Shown here: piece after piece, positions 25,196-34,774 of the stretch | Layout: the number at the start of each line of letters is the position of its first letter | Numbering within the stretch: the stretch's first letter is position 1 | DNA from: an uncultured Candidatus Saccharibacteria bacterium | GTDB lineage: Bacteria > Patescibacteriota > Minisyncoccia > Phycocordibacterales > PALSA-1337 | Direction of reading: 5' to 3' | Assembly (NCBI GenBank): GCA_964403205.1 | Contig: CAYOER010000004.1 | Coordinates: 1 to 48,521 of the forward strand | Length of the DNA: 48,521 nt | Notes under the pieces: model-generated | Database searches by the model: none | Told to the model about the DNA's origin: nothing | The model's input: only the letters and a program-made list of their open reading frames with translations | Made by a program: the position numbers and the translations under genes

Positions 25196-26180
25196 TTTTA
25201 TTGAAATTTAATCTGATACTTCTACTTGCTCCTTGTAATATATCATCCAGATTTCTTATTTCTAGATTTATAAGAGAGCTTCCACTGGTATCGCCTTTAG
25301 AGCGTAGTGTAATAGTCTGACTTCTGGAGAGATCTGGCTTCTCTAGATTATTAACACTCCATACATATGATAATGGTGAATTCTTATTATAAATATTGAA
25401 ATAATATGGTGCAGAGACTACATTGATCTCTTGGGCATTCAATGATTTATTTTCATTCAAAGCTTTATTATACAATATTCCATATACTGGATTTTCTTCA
25501 TAGAATATAATAGATGGATCTATTGGTTCTAGAGTTAAATATGCACTAGCTTTTTGAGATCCATTTTTTGTCTCTATTTCTACCTCCAATTCCAATGGTC
25601 TGGGTGTATCTTCTTTTATTATTACTGTCTGCTTTCCGTATCCATTTTGATCTTGCATTACTTTATCATTCTTTGTCCATTTATATACCAATGTTTTCGG
25701 ATCCAATTCCTTACCATTGCTACCTGCTATATGTGGTATTGCAGTGACTTTTATAGAATTTTGATAAGCAAATAATGATTTGCCTTTGAAAAAAGGTGGT
25801 GTATATCCTGCACTTTCCCAGACTATATCTACACTACTAGATTTTATTGTTACAGTCTTTCTTATTTCTTTACCCTCTGATGTCATTATCGCTATCACTA
25901 TATTTATATTTTTACCCATATCTGGGGCTAAAATATTTATAGATTTTATTCCTGTTCCCTGTTTATAATTCTTACCATCTACTATCCATACTATAGATGC
26001 AGAATTCAAATCTGTATTGTAGCTTTCTACTTTTATATTTACATTTTGTCCGGGATTGGGAATCTCTGGTGTAGAGGATATCTGTATTCCATCTATTGAA
26101 TTGGGAATTTGCGCATGAACTATAGATAATAGACTCAAAGATAGGAAAGTAATTATTATAGACTTTTGAAGAAATTTCAT
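25185..26180 (-). CDS. Hypothetical secreted protein (331 aa)
   Basis: Signal peptide (MKFLQKSIIITFLSLSLLSIVHA) and beta-rich, repeat-like sequence. Overlaps the downstream gene by 11 nt. Confidence 0.6.
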   Translation of the reverse strand: MKFLQKSIIITFLSLSLLSIVHAQIPNSIDGIQISSTPEIPNPGQNVNIKVESYNTDLNSASIVWIVDGKNYKQGTGIKSINILAPDMGKNINIVIAIMTSEGKEIRKTVTIKSSSVDIVWESAGYTPPFFKGKSLFAYQNSIKVTAIPHIAGSNGKELDPKTLVYKWTKNDKVMQDQNGYGKQTVIIKEDTPRPLELEVEIETKNGSQKASAYLTLEPIDPSIIFYEENPVYGILYNKALNENKSLNAQEINVVSAPYYFNIYNKNSPLSYVWSVNNLEKPDLSRSQTITLRSKGDTSGSSLINLEIRNLDDILQGASRSIRLNFNKNEK

Positions 26181-26584
26181 TGTTCTAATTCTACCATATT
26201 TTCTTTTCTTGGTAGACGTGTACCATCTTTATTTAATGGCATCTTTATATTCGGTTTTCTTATACCTGCGCTTGATTCTAGTGATATTCCAGTTTTATCC
26301 TCTATTCTAGAAAAGCCAATTATAAGCATGGTTGCTACTAATATTGATGGAAGTGCAGACAGAAAAGGTACAGACTCAATTACAATTGATGATACTCCAG
26401 AGATCAACCTTTTAATATTCAATAATCCATGACCAGTTTTCCACAGATACCCAGCCATAAATACCCAGAAAGCATCACCAATAAAAGGTATAACACTTAT
26501 AAAATCAGCTGTACCAGCTAATAATAACAGTATAAACGCCGAGAACCATCCAATTCTATATTTTTTCTTAACTTCTTCATTCAT
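26177..26584 (-). CDS. Hypothetical small polytopic membrane protein (135 aa)
   Basis: Three predicted TM helices. ATGA-type 4-nt overlap with the next gene. Confidence 0.55.
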   Translation of the reverse strand: MNEEVKKKYRIGWFSAFILLLLAGTADFISVIPFIGDAFWVFMAGYLWKTGHGLLNIKRLISGVSSIVIESVPFLSALPSILVATMLIIGFSRIEDKTGISLESSAGIRKPNIKMPLNKDGTRLPRKENMVELEQ

Positions 26585-26593
26585 TTTGTTTAT

Positions 26594-28405
26594 TTAGCCA
26601 CTCTTTTCTAGATCATCCTTTGCTTTTTTTATTGCTAGGACCTGGGCTGGATTTGTAGTTATTATCTGATCTTCTGTATAGGATGCTACTACCTTTATCG
26701 CAACATGTTTCAGTCCTACGAAGAATATTCCCTCCCCTATATCTGATTCCAATAACAGATATTTCTCTTCATCTGTGAGATTGAAGGTTTTCTGAATATT
26801 ATCTATAGATGTTGGGCTTTGTTTCAATAATATCTGTATAGAAGAGTTTGTAATAATAGGTAAACCATAAGGAGAATTGAGGAAATCATCTACATCCTGT
26901 GTAATAGTTGCTAACCCTAGATAATACTTCCTACCTCTCTTTGCTAGACTGAGTAGGAATGAAGCCGTATCTTCTGATTTCATCATCCACCATGCCTCAT
27001 CTATTACCAATAAACGCTTTTTCAATTCTTTTCTTATGGCATTCCATATATAATGAGTAACTATATACATTGCTACGGGTTTGAGCTCATCTTCCATATC
27101 TCTTAGGGAAAATACAACGAATTTCTTATTTATATCTACATTCGAAGGGCGATTTATAAACCCTGACCATGTACCCTTTGTATATTTACTGAGTCTTTCT
27201 ACTAGAGATTCTGCACCTTCCATACCAGCAAGTACTAGTTCAAAATCAGAAAGAAGTGGTGGTTCTACATGTCGGAAATCTGATTCTGCTGTTATATCTT
27301 TCAAAGCATATGTTTCTGTTATTGCTCTGTCTATTATCGCATCTTCTTCCTGGGATAGACCACCTAGCATAATACGGAAAAGTCCTACTAGATTTATAAT
27401 ATTTGAACGTAGAATATCTGATGCACTCTCATCTTCTCTAGGTATAGGTAGATCAAAAGGATTGATATGATGTTCAGAATTTAGAGAGATATTGAAATAT
27501 TTACCACCTGTTGCCTCTGCCATGTACTCATACTCTTTTTCTGGATCTATAACTATTACATCTGTATCGAACATGAGTGTTCGCAGTATTTCTAGCTTTA
27601 CATTGTAGCTTTTACCTGCCCCAGCTTTGGCAAAAGTGACAGAATTGTAGTTTTCTAAGAGAAATCTATCAAATAGTACTAGAGAAGAATTATGCCTATT
27701 GATACCGTATAGAATACCTTTATCAGATGTAAGATCAAAAGATACAAATGGGAAAAGTGATGATAGAGGTGAGGAATTCAATTTTGAATGAACCATAAGC
27801 TCATCATTTGCCATTGGTAATACACTTCTATAACCACTTTCTTGTTGGAATAATGCTGGTTTTATATATACTAATTTTGATTCCAATATTGATTTCACCT
27901 CACTCTCTGTTTTATCCAGTTCTGAATCAGAATTACCATATATTGTTATATATACTCCTACATCGAATATTTTCTCCTGTGCCTGCATCAGATTATCTCT
28001 TAGGGCTTCTAGATCCTGATATGCAGTATCTAATAGAGGATCTCTGACAAGTCCCTTCTCTTCCCTCTGTGTTATCTGACTCTGTACTTCTGCTACCTTC
28101 TTCCTGAAATGTCGCAATATCTTTGCTGTGTCTATAGGGTGTATAAAAATAGAAATATTGAAGACTTTATCTAGATTTACAATAGGAGCGAACCAGCTAT
28201 CAGATAGGAATCTAGGATAAGAAATAACAAAAAATGTTCTAGCTATTTTTTCCCCGAGATTTATTTCTTTTGGATTAATCTTCAATGCGGAAGGCGCGAT
28301 AATATCCTTTAGCTCCAATACTCCAGCTTCATAGATCTCCTGTGGTAGCATGGATACTATTTTCGGATCTTCTTTTTTACTAAATATTTTACTAAAAATT
28401 CCCAT
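26594..28405 (-). CDS. VirB4/TrbE-like type IV secretion ATPase
   Basis: Walker A (AKAGAGKSY), Walker B (LLVIDEAWWMM), and size and domain order typical of Gram-positive VirB4 homologues. Confidence 0.85.
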   Translation of the reverse strand: MGIFSKIFSKKEDPKIVSMLPQEIYEAGVLELKDIIAPSALKINPKEINLGEKIARTFFVISYPRFLSDSWFAPIVNLDKVFNISIFIHPIDTAKILRHFRKKVAEVQSQITQREEKGLVRDPLLDTAYQDLEALRDNLMQAQEKIFDVGVYITIYGNSDSELDKTESEVKSILESKLVYIKPALFQQESGYRSVLPMANDELMVHSKLNSSPLSSLFPFVSFDLTSDKGILYGINRHNSSLVLFDRFLLENYNSVTFAKAGAGKSYNVKLEILRTLMFDTDVIVIDPEKEYEYMAEATGGKYFNISLNSEHHINPFDLPIPREDESASDILRSNIINLVGLFRIMLGGLSQEEDAIIDRAITETYALKDITAESDFRHVEPPLLSDFELVLAGMEGAESLVERLSKYTKGTWSGFINRPSNVDINKKFVVFSLRDMEDELKPVAMYIVTHYIWNAIRKELKKRLLVIDEAWWMMKSEDTASFLLSLAKRGRKYYLGLATITQDVDDFLNSPYGLPIITNSSIQILLKQSPTSIDNIQKTFNLTDEEKYLLLESDIGEGIFFVGLKHVAIKVVASYTEDQIITTNPAQVLAIKKAKDDLEKSG

Positions 28406-28422
28406 ATTTATATTTTATTAAA

Positions 28423-29055
28423 TTAATTTATCTGTATTGGTTTCTCTGTTTCTCCGGGATTGAATATTTTATAATACAACTCTACCACCTCTTCTGTTCC
28501 TAGCTCGGCTACTCTGATACCACATCTTACTAGTCCCTGTTCTACTACACCGACTCTCTGTTCTAGCTGACTTCTGTATTCATTGAACTGTTCATTCGGT
28601 GTTATCTTGGGCCCTTCTCTTTTATTTACTAGATTACTGAGTGGATTGGAACTAGCAGACATAAGTGGAGGAGTATATGGTATGACCATGAAGAAACTTT
28701 TCGTCATTATATTGGAATTTTCTACAAAAGTTTTTATAAATTCTATATATTCTCTAGTTTGTATTTTCATCAGTTCAGTAACTTGCTCTTTATACCTTTC
28801 CTCCAGAAGGGCTATATATGGCCTTATATCGAGGTTTTTCGATTGTATGAAAATCTGTACAGAGAAATCCAATGAGTTTAGGAAATTTTGAAATTGAAAT
28901 ATAATAGAATTCTGTTCATCTGCACTTTTCAAAGCAAAATTTAGAGAAGATGCTAGAACTATGGCTCGCATAGAGCCATCTTTCAATATAACTACACCAT
29001 CACGGATTTCTTGTATTGGTACGAAGTCTTGTGTTGTTTTTTGTTCCTTTGCCAT
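28423..29055 (-). CDS. Hypothetical soluble protein (210 aa) between the PrgI-like and VirB4-like genes
   Basis: ORF in the operon with no gap to the upstream gene. No family recognised. Confidence 0.6.
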   Translation of the reverse strand: MAKEQKTTQDFVPIQEIRDGVVILKDGSMRAIVLASSLNFALKSADEQNSIIFQFQNFLNSLDFSVQIFIQSKNLDIRPYIALLEERYKEQVTELMKIQTREYIEFIKTFVENSNIMTKSFFMVIPYTPPLMSASSNPLSNLVNKREGPKITPNEQFNEYRSQLEQRVGVVEQGLVRCGIRVAELGTEEVVELYYKIFNPGETEKPIQIN

Positions 29056-29490
29056 TTATCTTTGGTTTTTATTTGTATACATACTCTCTTTGATATCTAG
29101 ACTCCATGTTAGATCTTTCAGTTTACTATCAGAAATTTTCGGTACCATAATTCCAGCATACTTTTTTATTTCCTCATCATCTTCACTCTGGATAACTTTC
29201 TGTTTACTTGATTTTCTCCATATATATAATTTATTTGAAAAGAAATACTTGAATGCTGCCTCTACTATATATATGAATGGGAATCTCTCATTTATTCTGT
29301 AGAATGATAATGCTGCTGAGAATGCCATCACTACTATTATCGGTATTATAGACCAGATAAATGATCCAATAACTCTGTATATAGCAAAGGATAGACCTGC
29401 CCCACCAGCCAAATATATGAATTGCTTTATAGTAAATTGGCCGAATATCTTATCCTCTACTTCTATGAACTGTGGTACTTGGAAACGCAT
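29056..29490 (-). CDS. PrgI/VirB3-like small membrane protein
   Basis: MRFQVPQFIEVEDKIFGQFTIKQFIYLAGGAGLSFAIY followed by a second TM helix. This is the PrgI-family pattern, and the gene sits upstream of VirB4. Confidence 0.6.
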   Translation of the reverse strand: MRFQVPQFIEVEDKIFGQFTIKQFIYLAGGAGLSFAIYRVIGSFIWSIIPIIVVMAFSAALSFYRINERFPFIYIVEAAFKYFFSNKLYIWRKSSKQKVIQSEDDEEIKKYAGIMVPKISDSKLKDLTWSLDIKESMYTNKNQR

Positions 29491-29505
29491 GCTTATATTA
29501 TAGCA

Positions 29506-30303
29506 TTATTCTACTGGTTCTCTGTACGGATCAGCTGTGTATTTTGTTGTTTCAGTCTTTCCCTCAGTTTTTATTTCAGTCTTAATATCACTTTTAATTT
29601 CTGTTTTGTTCTCTATCTTGGTTTCTGGTTTTATTTCTTTTCTTTGTTCAGGATTTGATATTGGTTTATTTAATAAATGATCAACAAAGTTCATTCCCTC
29701 TTTTGATCCGGTATGTTCATATTGTTCTATTTCTCGTAGTACTGTATCTCTATCTAGATTATTATCATTATATTGTGGTGAATGTGATGGTGGTCTTTTT
29801 TCTAATGTGAATTCGCCGACTCTTTCTATATCAGAAAGGTTTATATTTTTTGAAGGTGGGGGTGGTGGAACTGGTATAGGTGGAGTAAATACAGGTTTTG
29901 GAGGTGGAGGAGGAGTGGGTCTAGGGGGAATGGGTGGTGGCGTAAATGTGGGTTTTGGTGCGGGTGGTATAGGTTGAGGAGGGGTGGGTGGAGTAGGTGG
30001 GGGTGGAATCACCACAGTCCCTTCTTGCGTTTTTTGTAATAGCTCTCGTATTGGTATAAGTATCTCTTGATTTATATCAGATATAATATTGTTAGCTTTT
30101 TCATTATCAATTTCTAATCTATCTTTGAGATCATTCAGTAAATTTTTTGCTGATTTAAATCCAGTTACTACATCACGAATTTCCGCAGCAAGTTCCCCTT
30201 GTTCATCTATCATCAAACTATACTTCTCTCCAATCATTGTAATTTTATTATAAGTTTGATCAGAGAATGCAATTTGTTCTAATTGTTTTTGAAATTCATT
30301 CAT
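29506..30303 (-). CDS. Hypothetical proline-rich protein (265 aa)
   Basis: Central PPPPTPPTPPQPIPPAPKPTFTPPPIPPRPTPPPPPKPVFTPPIPVPPPPP tract and C-terminal K/T/E-rich short repeats (TEIKSDIKTEIKTEGKTE). Confidence 0.6.
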   Translation of the reverse strand: MNEFQKQLEQIAFSDQTYNKITMIGEKYSLMIDEQGELAAEIRDVVTGFKSAKNLLNDLKDRLEIDNEKANNIISDINQEILIPIRELLQKTQEGTVVIPPPPTPPTPPQPIPPAPKPTFTPPPIPPRPTPPPPPKPVFTPPIPVPPPPPSKNINLSDIERVGEFTLEKRPPSHSPQYNDNNLDRDTVLREIEQYEHTGSKEGMNFVDHLLNKPISNPEQRKEIKPETKIENKTEIKSDIKTEIKTEGKTETTKYTADPYREPVE

Positions 30304-30307
30304 AATT

Positions 30308-32152
30308 TTATGTCCATAATGTTCTATTTTTATTTATATAATCATAAGCTGGATGATTTGCTCCATAGACTTTTTTCCAATTATCTATTGCCGTACCTAT
30401 CATGCGTCTTGATGTATCATCAAGACCCTCCATGTCTTTAAGTTGACTTGGTTTTATATGCTCGATGAACTCTGGTTTTATTGCTGCACCAGAAGGTCTT
30501 TCAGATATAATTTTCTCTAAATCATTACCACTCATATTTTTCATGATACTTCTGACTTTTGTATAATCTTCTGGTGTAGCTGTTCCGCTCGCTATTTTAT
30601 CAACGACATCCCCGAGCGCTTTTGTTCTAGCTTGTCCTATTTCAACTTTATCTTTATCAGATTTATCTCCCTTTTCGATGCTTGAATAGATTGAACTTGA
30701 TAAATGAGATACTATGTTTTCATTTGTAAGATGTTTCTTTGTATCAAGACTAGCGATTTCACTATTTGACATACTACTTAATATTCTCTTTATCTCGCTA
30801 TTATTTCCAGTCGATATAGCTCTATCAAGATTTTCAATATTACTAATTTCTCTTCCCTTTTTCTTAATCTCTTTTCCTAATTTTTCATCATCTTTTCTTG
30901 AAGTTGATCCACCAAATTTTAAATTAGCGAGTTTTGTTGTTGTCATATCTCTAACAGCACGTCCCATCATATTATTTCCTCCTTTTGTCCCCTCAAAATA
31001 TTTATCGAGTTTTGAACCTGCCCATCCAACCGTATTTTTCCCAGCAAATCCCCCCACCTTTCCTCCCAACCACTTACCAATTCCCCCTGCCTGTGGTGCC
31101 CATTTCATACCCATTCCGCCTAGCTCTATCGCTGCTACTAAAGGTAGATTGATAAAGAATAAAGCTATTGTATATTGAATAATAACTCCTATAAAAGTAG
31201 AACTGAGAACTCCTCCGCCAGTTATTCCAGTTGCATTTTGATTGAAAATATTCATGAATCCACTATCACTTATTATTCTCAATGATACATACATGAGAAA
31301 CAAGTATACAGGCATGAAGACACACTGACTATATAAAGCGTCAGATAATTTTTTAGTTTTTGCTTTTATTTCTGGAAAAATCATTCCTACGAAGAATAGA
31401 GGAGATAGCGCCATCACAAAAAGAAGTATTGCTGTACGGGCTGTGAAGGCAATACCAGCAGCAAGAAAGGAAAGCCCTGCAGTGATCATAACTAGAATTC
31501 CTCCAATCATTGCAAATCCTATACCAGCTGCAACATCTGTTCCTTTCAAGGCGTCTTTACTTTCATATATTTTAGGTATTTTCAAACTTTGCATAAATAC
31601 ATTTGAAAGACCACCATCATTTATAGCTTGGCTCACAGTCCAATTCTGAGAAGTCTCTGGAGCTATTGCCTCATAGAACTGTAAAGAAATTATATTTGAT
31701 GCATCTATAGCTACTCTGACGAAAAATAGACTGAAGTTTATGAGTACACCCGCAAGAAATATTTTTATTATAAGTTCATTAAGACTATTTCCACCTCTAC
31801 CTATTATTGTTTTTATAGAAAAATAAAGTAAGGCAAATATTATGAATATACTAGATAGATCTCTTATAACGATCCAGACGGATTTAATTCCTGTAACAGT
31901 CTCATATATCATACCTATATGAGTAGTTATATTAATAGATATACTGAGAAATGCTCCAGTTATAGCTACGAACCATGATGATGCTGCTAGGAAGAAATTT
32001 GCTCCATTTGCTATTGCAGAATTTACAGCACTTTGTGCTATATTTCCAATACCAAGGAAATCACCAATTGCCATTACTTTATTTGGAAACATCATATACC
32101 CCACTATGAGTATCATCGCCATTATCTGTATTGTTCTTGTCTTTTTATTCAT
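30308..32152 (-). CDS. VirB6/TrbL-like polytopic membrane protein with a C-terminal hydrophilic domain (614 aa)
   Basis: Signal or anchor sequence, at least 6 TM helices over about 380 aa, then a soluble tail of about 230 aa. Its position in the operon matches VirB6 analogues. Confidence 0.55.
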   Translation of the reverse strand: MNKKTRTIQIMAMILIVGYMMFPNKVMAIGDFLGIGNIAQSAVNSAIANGANFFLAASSWFVAITGAFLSISINITTHIGMIYETVTGIKSVWIVIRDLSSIFIIFALLYFSIKTIIGRGGNSLNELIIKIFLAGVLINFSLFFVRVAIDASNIISLQFYEAIAPETSQNWTVSQAINDGGLSNVFMQSLKIPKIYESKDALKGTDVAAGIGFAMIGGILVMITAGLSFLAAGIAFTARTAILLFVMALSPLFFVGMIFPEIKAKTKKLSDALYSQCVFMPVYLFLMYVSLRIISDSGFMNIFNQNATGITGGGVLSSTFIGVIIQYTIALFFINLPLVAAIELGGMGMKWAPQAGGIGKWLGGKVGGFAGKNTVGWAGSKLDKYFEGTKGGNNMMGRAVRDMTTTKLANLKFGGSTSRKDDEKLGKEIKKKGREISNIENLDRAISTGNNSEIKRILSSMSNSEIASLDTKKHLTNENIVSHLSSSIYSSIEKGDKSDKDKVEIGQARTKALGDVVDKIASGTATPEDYTKVRSIMKNMSGNDLEKIISERPSGAAIKPEFIEHIKPSQLKDMEGLDDTSRRMIGTAIDNWKKVYGANHPAYDYINKNRTLWT

Positions 32153-32155
32153 ATA

Positions 32156-33754
32156 TTAATATGCTCCATCTGGGAATAATTGACATGCTTGTGATCTTCT
32201 CTGTGCATCTTGTACCATTGGTTCTATTGTCGTTTTTATGGTTTCTAATTCCTGACCAGAATCCATCATATCTTTTGCTGATACAAGAGTTCTTTCTTGC
32301 AACATTTGTGCATATGCTTGGCTTGGTTCATTTATCTCGTTTACCGTTCTAGCTGCATTTGCTCTTGTCTTTATACCTAATAAGGTTTGATATTTGCCAT
32401 CTGCTTGTCGAGCTTCTTCCAATAGTCTTGTTGCAAGAGGAGTTATATCCCTACTTATTATAGAATCTATTTCGGCTATTTTAGCCTGTGCTCTACTAGG
32501 ATCTAATGATATTTTATTTTCATAACATACTTTTACTATTCCATATGCAGTTTTTACATCCAAGACTAGATTTAATGATTGATCTTTATTACTCTTATAT
32601 TGAATAGTATTATCTAGATATGTTGTAAGATTTTTTATAAGCTCTGCTCTTATAGAATTCAATTGTTCAATACTTCCATTACCTTCATTTTGAATTTGAT
32701 AAATATATGATGAAGAATCACTAGGATTACTACCACTCACACCACCTAGACCCTTTGAGAGTATCTGTGTTACTAGCTGAGCAAAGAGTGCATTTACTAT
32801 TTCATTTAGCTCATCTGCAAGCTGAAGTTCATGTAAAGGTCCATTTACATTTGCTTCTAGGGCACCCTGTATGACAGATCCTGGTGTCTGTATTTCACAT
32901 TTTTCTTTTGTTTGATTCACATGTTCTATTGGAGCATTTGATTCTGTTCTATTTGGATCACTATTATCCCCCATTTCATGATCTATATATGCTGTATCAG
33001 ATGTTTGTAATGTTGTATCTCCGACTTGTTTACATTTCTTCCATGATAAGAATCCCCTACCTTGATTGAGCTCATCTTTTTGTTGGGCTTGGGCATTTGC
33101 TACTCGTATAGAAAGTTCACTTTCTGCGGTGAGATATGCTCCATAGATATTATTCTGAGGTTCTGTGGTTAGGGAAATAAATGCTGGCCAGCCACCCTGT
33201 CGGAAGTCCCCAGCCGTGAATCCATTTATATTTGCACCTTCTATTGCATTTTTACTATTTTTTATAATAGTACCGAGTGTACAAGCATATCTTTTATTTA
33301 CATTTGGATGATATCGGAATGCCAGAGCGATACGTATATCTATACTAAATGGTGAACAGAGAGCAGTTAGTGGTCCACCCACCTTAGCAAGGAAGTCCCC
33401 AGTAATCTGATCTGCAACATCTAGGAAGAATGAACCTGGATTTGTAATAAAAGATGGACTACCTTCAAAACCAGAATTTATCCAGTTTACTACACTGGAT
33501 GTTATTTGGCGGATTATTACCTTTGCTAGTCCTGAAGCGATAGGGTCTAGGACATATTCCTTATATTCAGTTGAATAAGATGAAAACGAAGAAGCAGTAG
33601 TATTTATTGCAGTTATAGTAGACTGGAATATATTACCGGCATCGACGACTGGTATTGCTCTAGCTTTATTTGGAAAAGCAAAAATAATAGAAGAAAAAAC
33701 TATTACTATAAGAAATACTACGGAAATTATTTTTTTAATATTAAATATTTTCAT
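32156..33754 (-). CDS. Hypothetical secreted protein (532 aa)
   Basis: N-terminal signal or anchor sequence (IISVVFLIVIVFSSIIFAFPNKARA). No family recognised. Confidence 0.6.
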   Translation of the reverse strand: MKIFNIKKIISVVFLIVIVFSSIIFAFPNKARAIPVVDAGNIFQSTITAINTTASSFSSYSTEYKEYVLDPIASGLAKVIIRQITSSVVNWINSGFEGSPSFITNPGSFFLDVADQITGDFLAKVGGPLTALCSPFSIDIRIALAFRYHPNVNKRYACTLGTIIKNSKNAIEGANINGFTAGDFRQGGWPAFISLTTEPQNNIYGAYLTAESELSIRVANAQAQQKDELNQGRGFLSWKKCKQVGDTTLQTSDTAYIDHEMGDNSDPNRTESNAPIEHVNQTKEKCEIQTPGSVIQGALEANVNGPLHELQLADELNEIVNALFAQLVTQILSKGLGGVSGSNPSDSSSYIYQIQNEGNGSIEQLNSIRAELIKNLTTYLDNTIQYKSNKDQSLNLVLDVKTAYGIVKVCYENKISLDPSRAQAKIAEIDSIISRDITPLATRLLEEARQADGKYQTLLGIKTRANAARTVNEINEPSQAYAQMLQERTLVSAKDMMDSGQELETIKTTIEPMVQDAQRRSQACQLFPDGAY

Positions 33755-33757
33755 TTA

Positions 33758-34741
33758 TTATTGTGGTATGAAAAACCTCCCTGCTTCTCCATCTGTATAT
33801 ATTATGCCAGAAGTATTGAAATAATTCTTCAAATTGTTTAGGGCAGTGTTTAGGTTCTTTGCCCCATCTAGATATTTGCTGACACCCTGTAGTCCTGCTA
33901 CTGGATCCGTTTCTACTTTTCGGAGTGATTCTGCAGAAAACAATATTTCACTTAAGCTATTTATTATACTTAAATGAATATTATTCATTGTTTTTGGCGC
34001 ATCTATTTTTATTAATGCAGAAATCATATTTTTATAGCTAGCTATTATTGGATCTATTTCTTCTAAAATTTTGAAATCCTCTTTTTCTATTGCTTCCTTA
34101 GCTATGATAGCCTCACTTCTCGAATTAGGTAAAATATATTTTTGGAAAATAGCTCCTGCTTCATTGCCGTATTTCTTTATTGTTACTGGACTAGTATCTG
34201 TAATTATTTTTATATCTGTTAGACTATATTTCTTTGGACTATCTAAGACTAGACCACTCTTCAATGCTTGGCTCGCTACTTCATCTTGACTCTGTTTATC
34301 CCCAGAGAGTCCTATCTGTTTCAATTCCATATATCTTGCAAAGAAGTCCCTAGCTAGTCTATCTGTACTTGTGAGATTGCTCTGACCACTACTTGTATTT
34401 ACAGAAACTGTATCCCCTTCTTTATCTTTTGGTCCTTTTATTAATGGATTCCTATTAGAATTCGCCTCTACGCCATCAACAGTTCCATCTCCATCTGTGT
34501 CTTTATTATTAGGATCTGTACCGAGTAGAATCTCTTCCCAATCCTTCAATCCATCATCATCACTATCTTTTAGCTGTGTATCTGCTGGTATACTTTCTAC
34601 TTTATCAGATACTGTGGTTGTAGAATCATATACTAGATTATCACTATTCTTATTTCTGTATTCTGCCAAGATGAAAACTACTCCTATGATTAACAAGGCG
34701 AATACTATCAAAGCTATGTTTTTTAGGCTCGATTGCTTCAT
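33758..34741 (-). CDS. Membrane-anchored protein with thrombospondin type 3-like calcium-binding repeats (327 aa); first gene of the operon
   Basis: TM anchor followed by DSDDDGLKDWEEILLGTDPNNKDTDGDGTVDG. Confidence 0.6.
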   Translation of the reverse strand: MKQSSLKNIALIVFALLIIGVVFILAEYRNKNSDNLVYDSTTTVSDKVESIPADTQLKDSDDDGLKDWEEILLGTDPNNKDTDGDGTVDGVEANSNRNPLIKGPKDKEGDTVSVNTSSGQSNLTSTDRLARDFFARYMELKQIGLSGDKQSQDEVASQALKSGLVLDSPKKYSLTDIKIITDTSPVTIKKYGNEAGAIFQKYILPNSRSEAIIAKEAIEKEDFKILEEIDPIIASYKNMISALIKIDAPKTMNNIHLSIINSLSEILFSAESLRKVETDPVAGLQGVSKYLDGAKNLNTALNNLKNYFNTSGIIYTDGEAGRFFIPQ

Positions 34742-34755
34742 TGATAGCCATGATA

Positions 34756-34764
34756 ATTATATCA
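34756..34764 (-). promoter_or_regulatory. Extended -10 promoter of the T4SS-like operon
   Basis: The minus strand reads TGATATAAT, 14 nt upstream of the ATG at 34741, inside the 33-nt gap after rsmA. Confidence 0.5.
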
Positions 34765-34774
34765 GAGAAATGCT

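Noticed and set aside
29830-30010. A G-rich, repetitive DNA tract that might have been a tandem repeat or G-quadruplex element.
   Set aside because: It is the antisense of the proline-codon run (CCN) in the proline-rich protein. The repetition is explained by the coding sequence.
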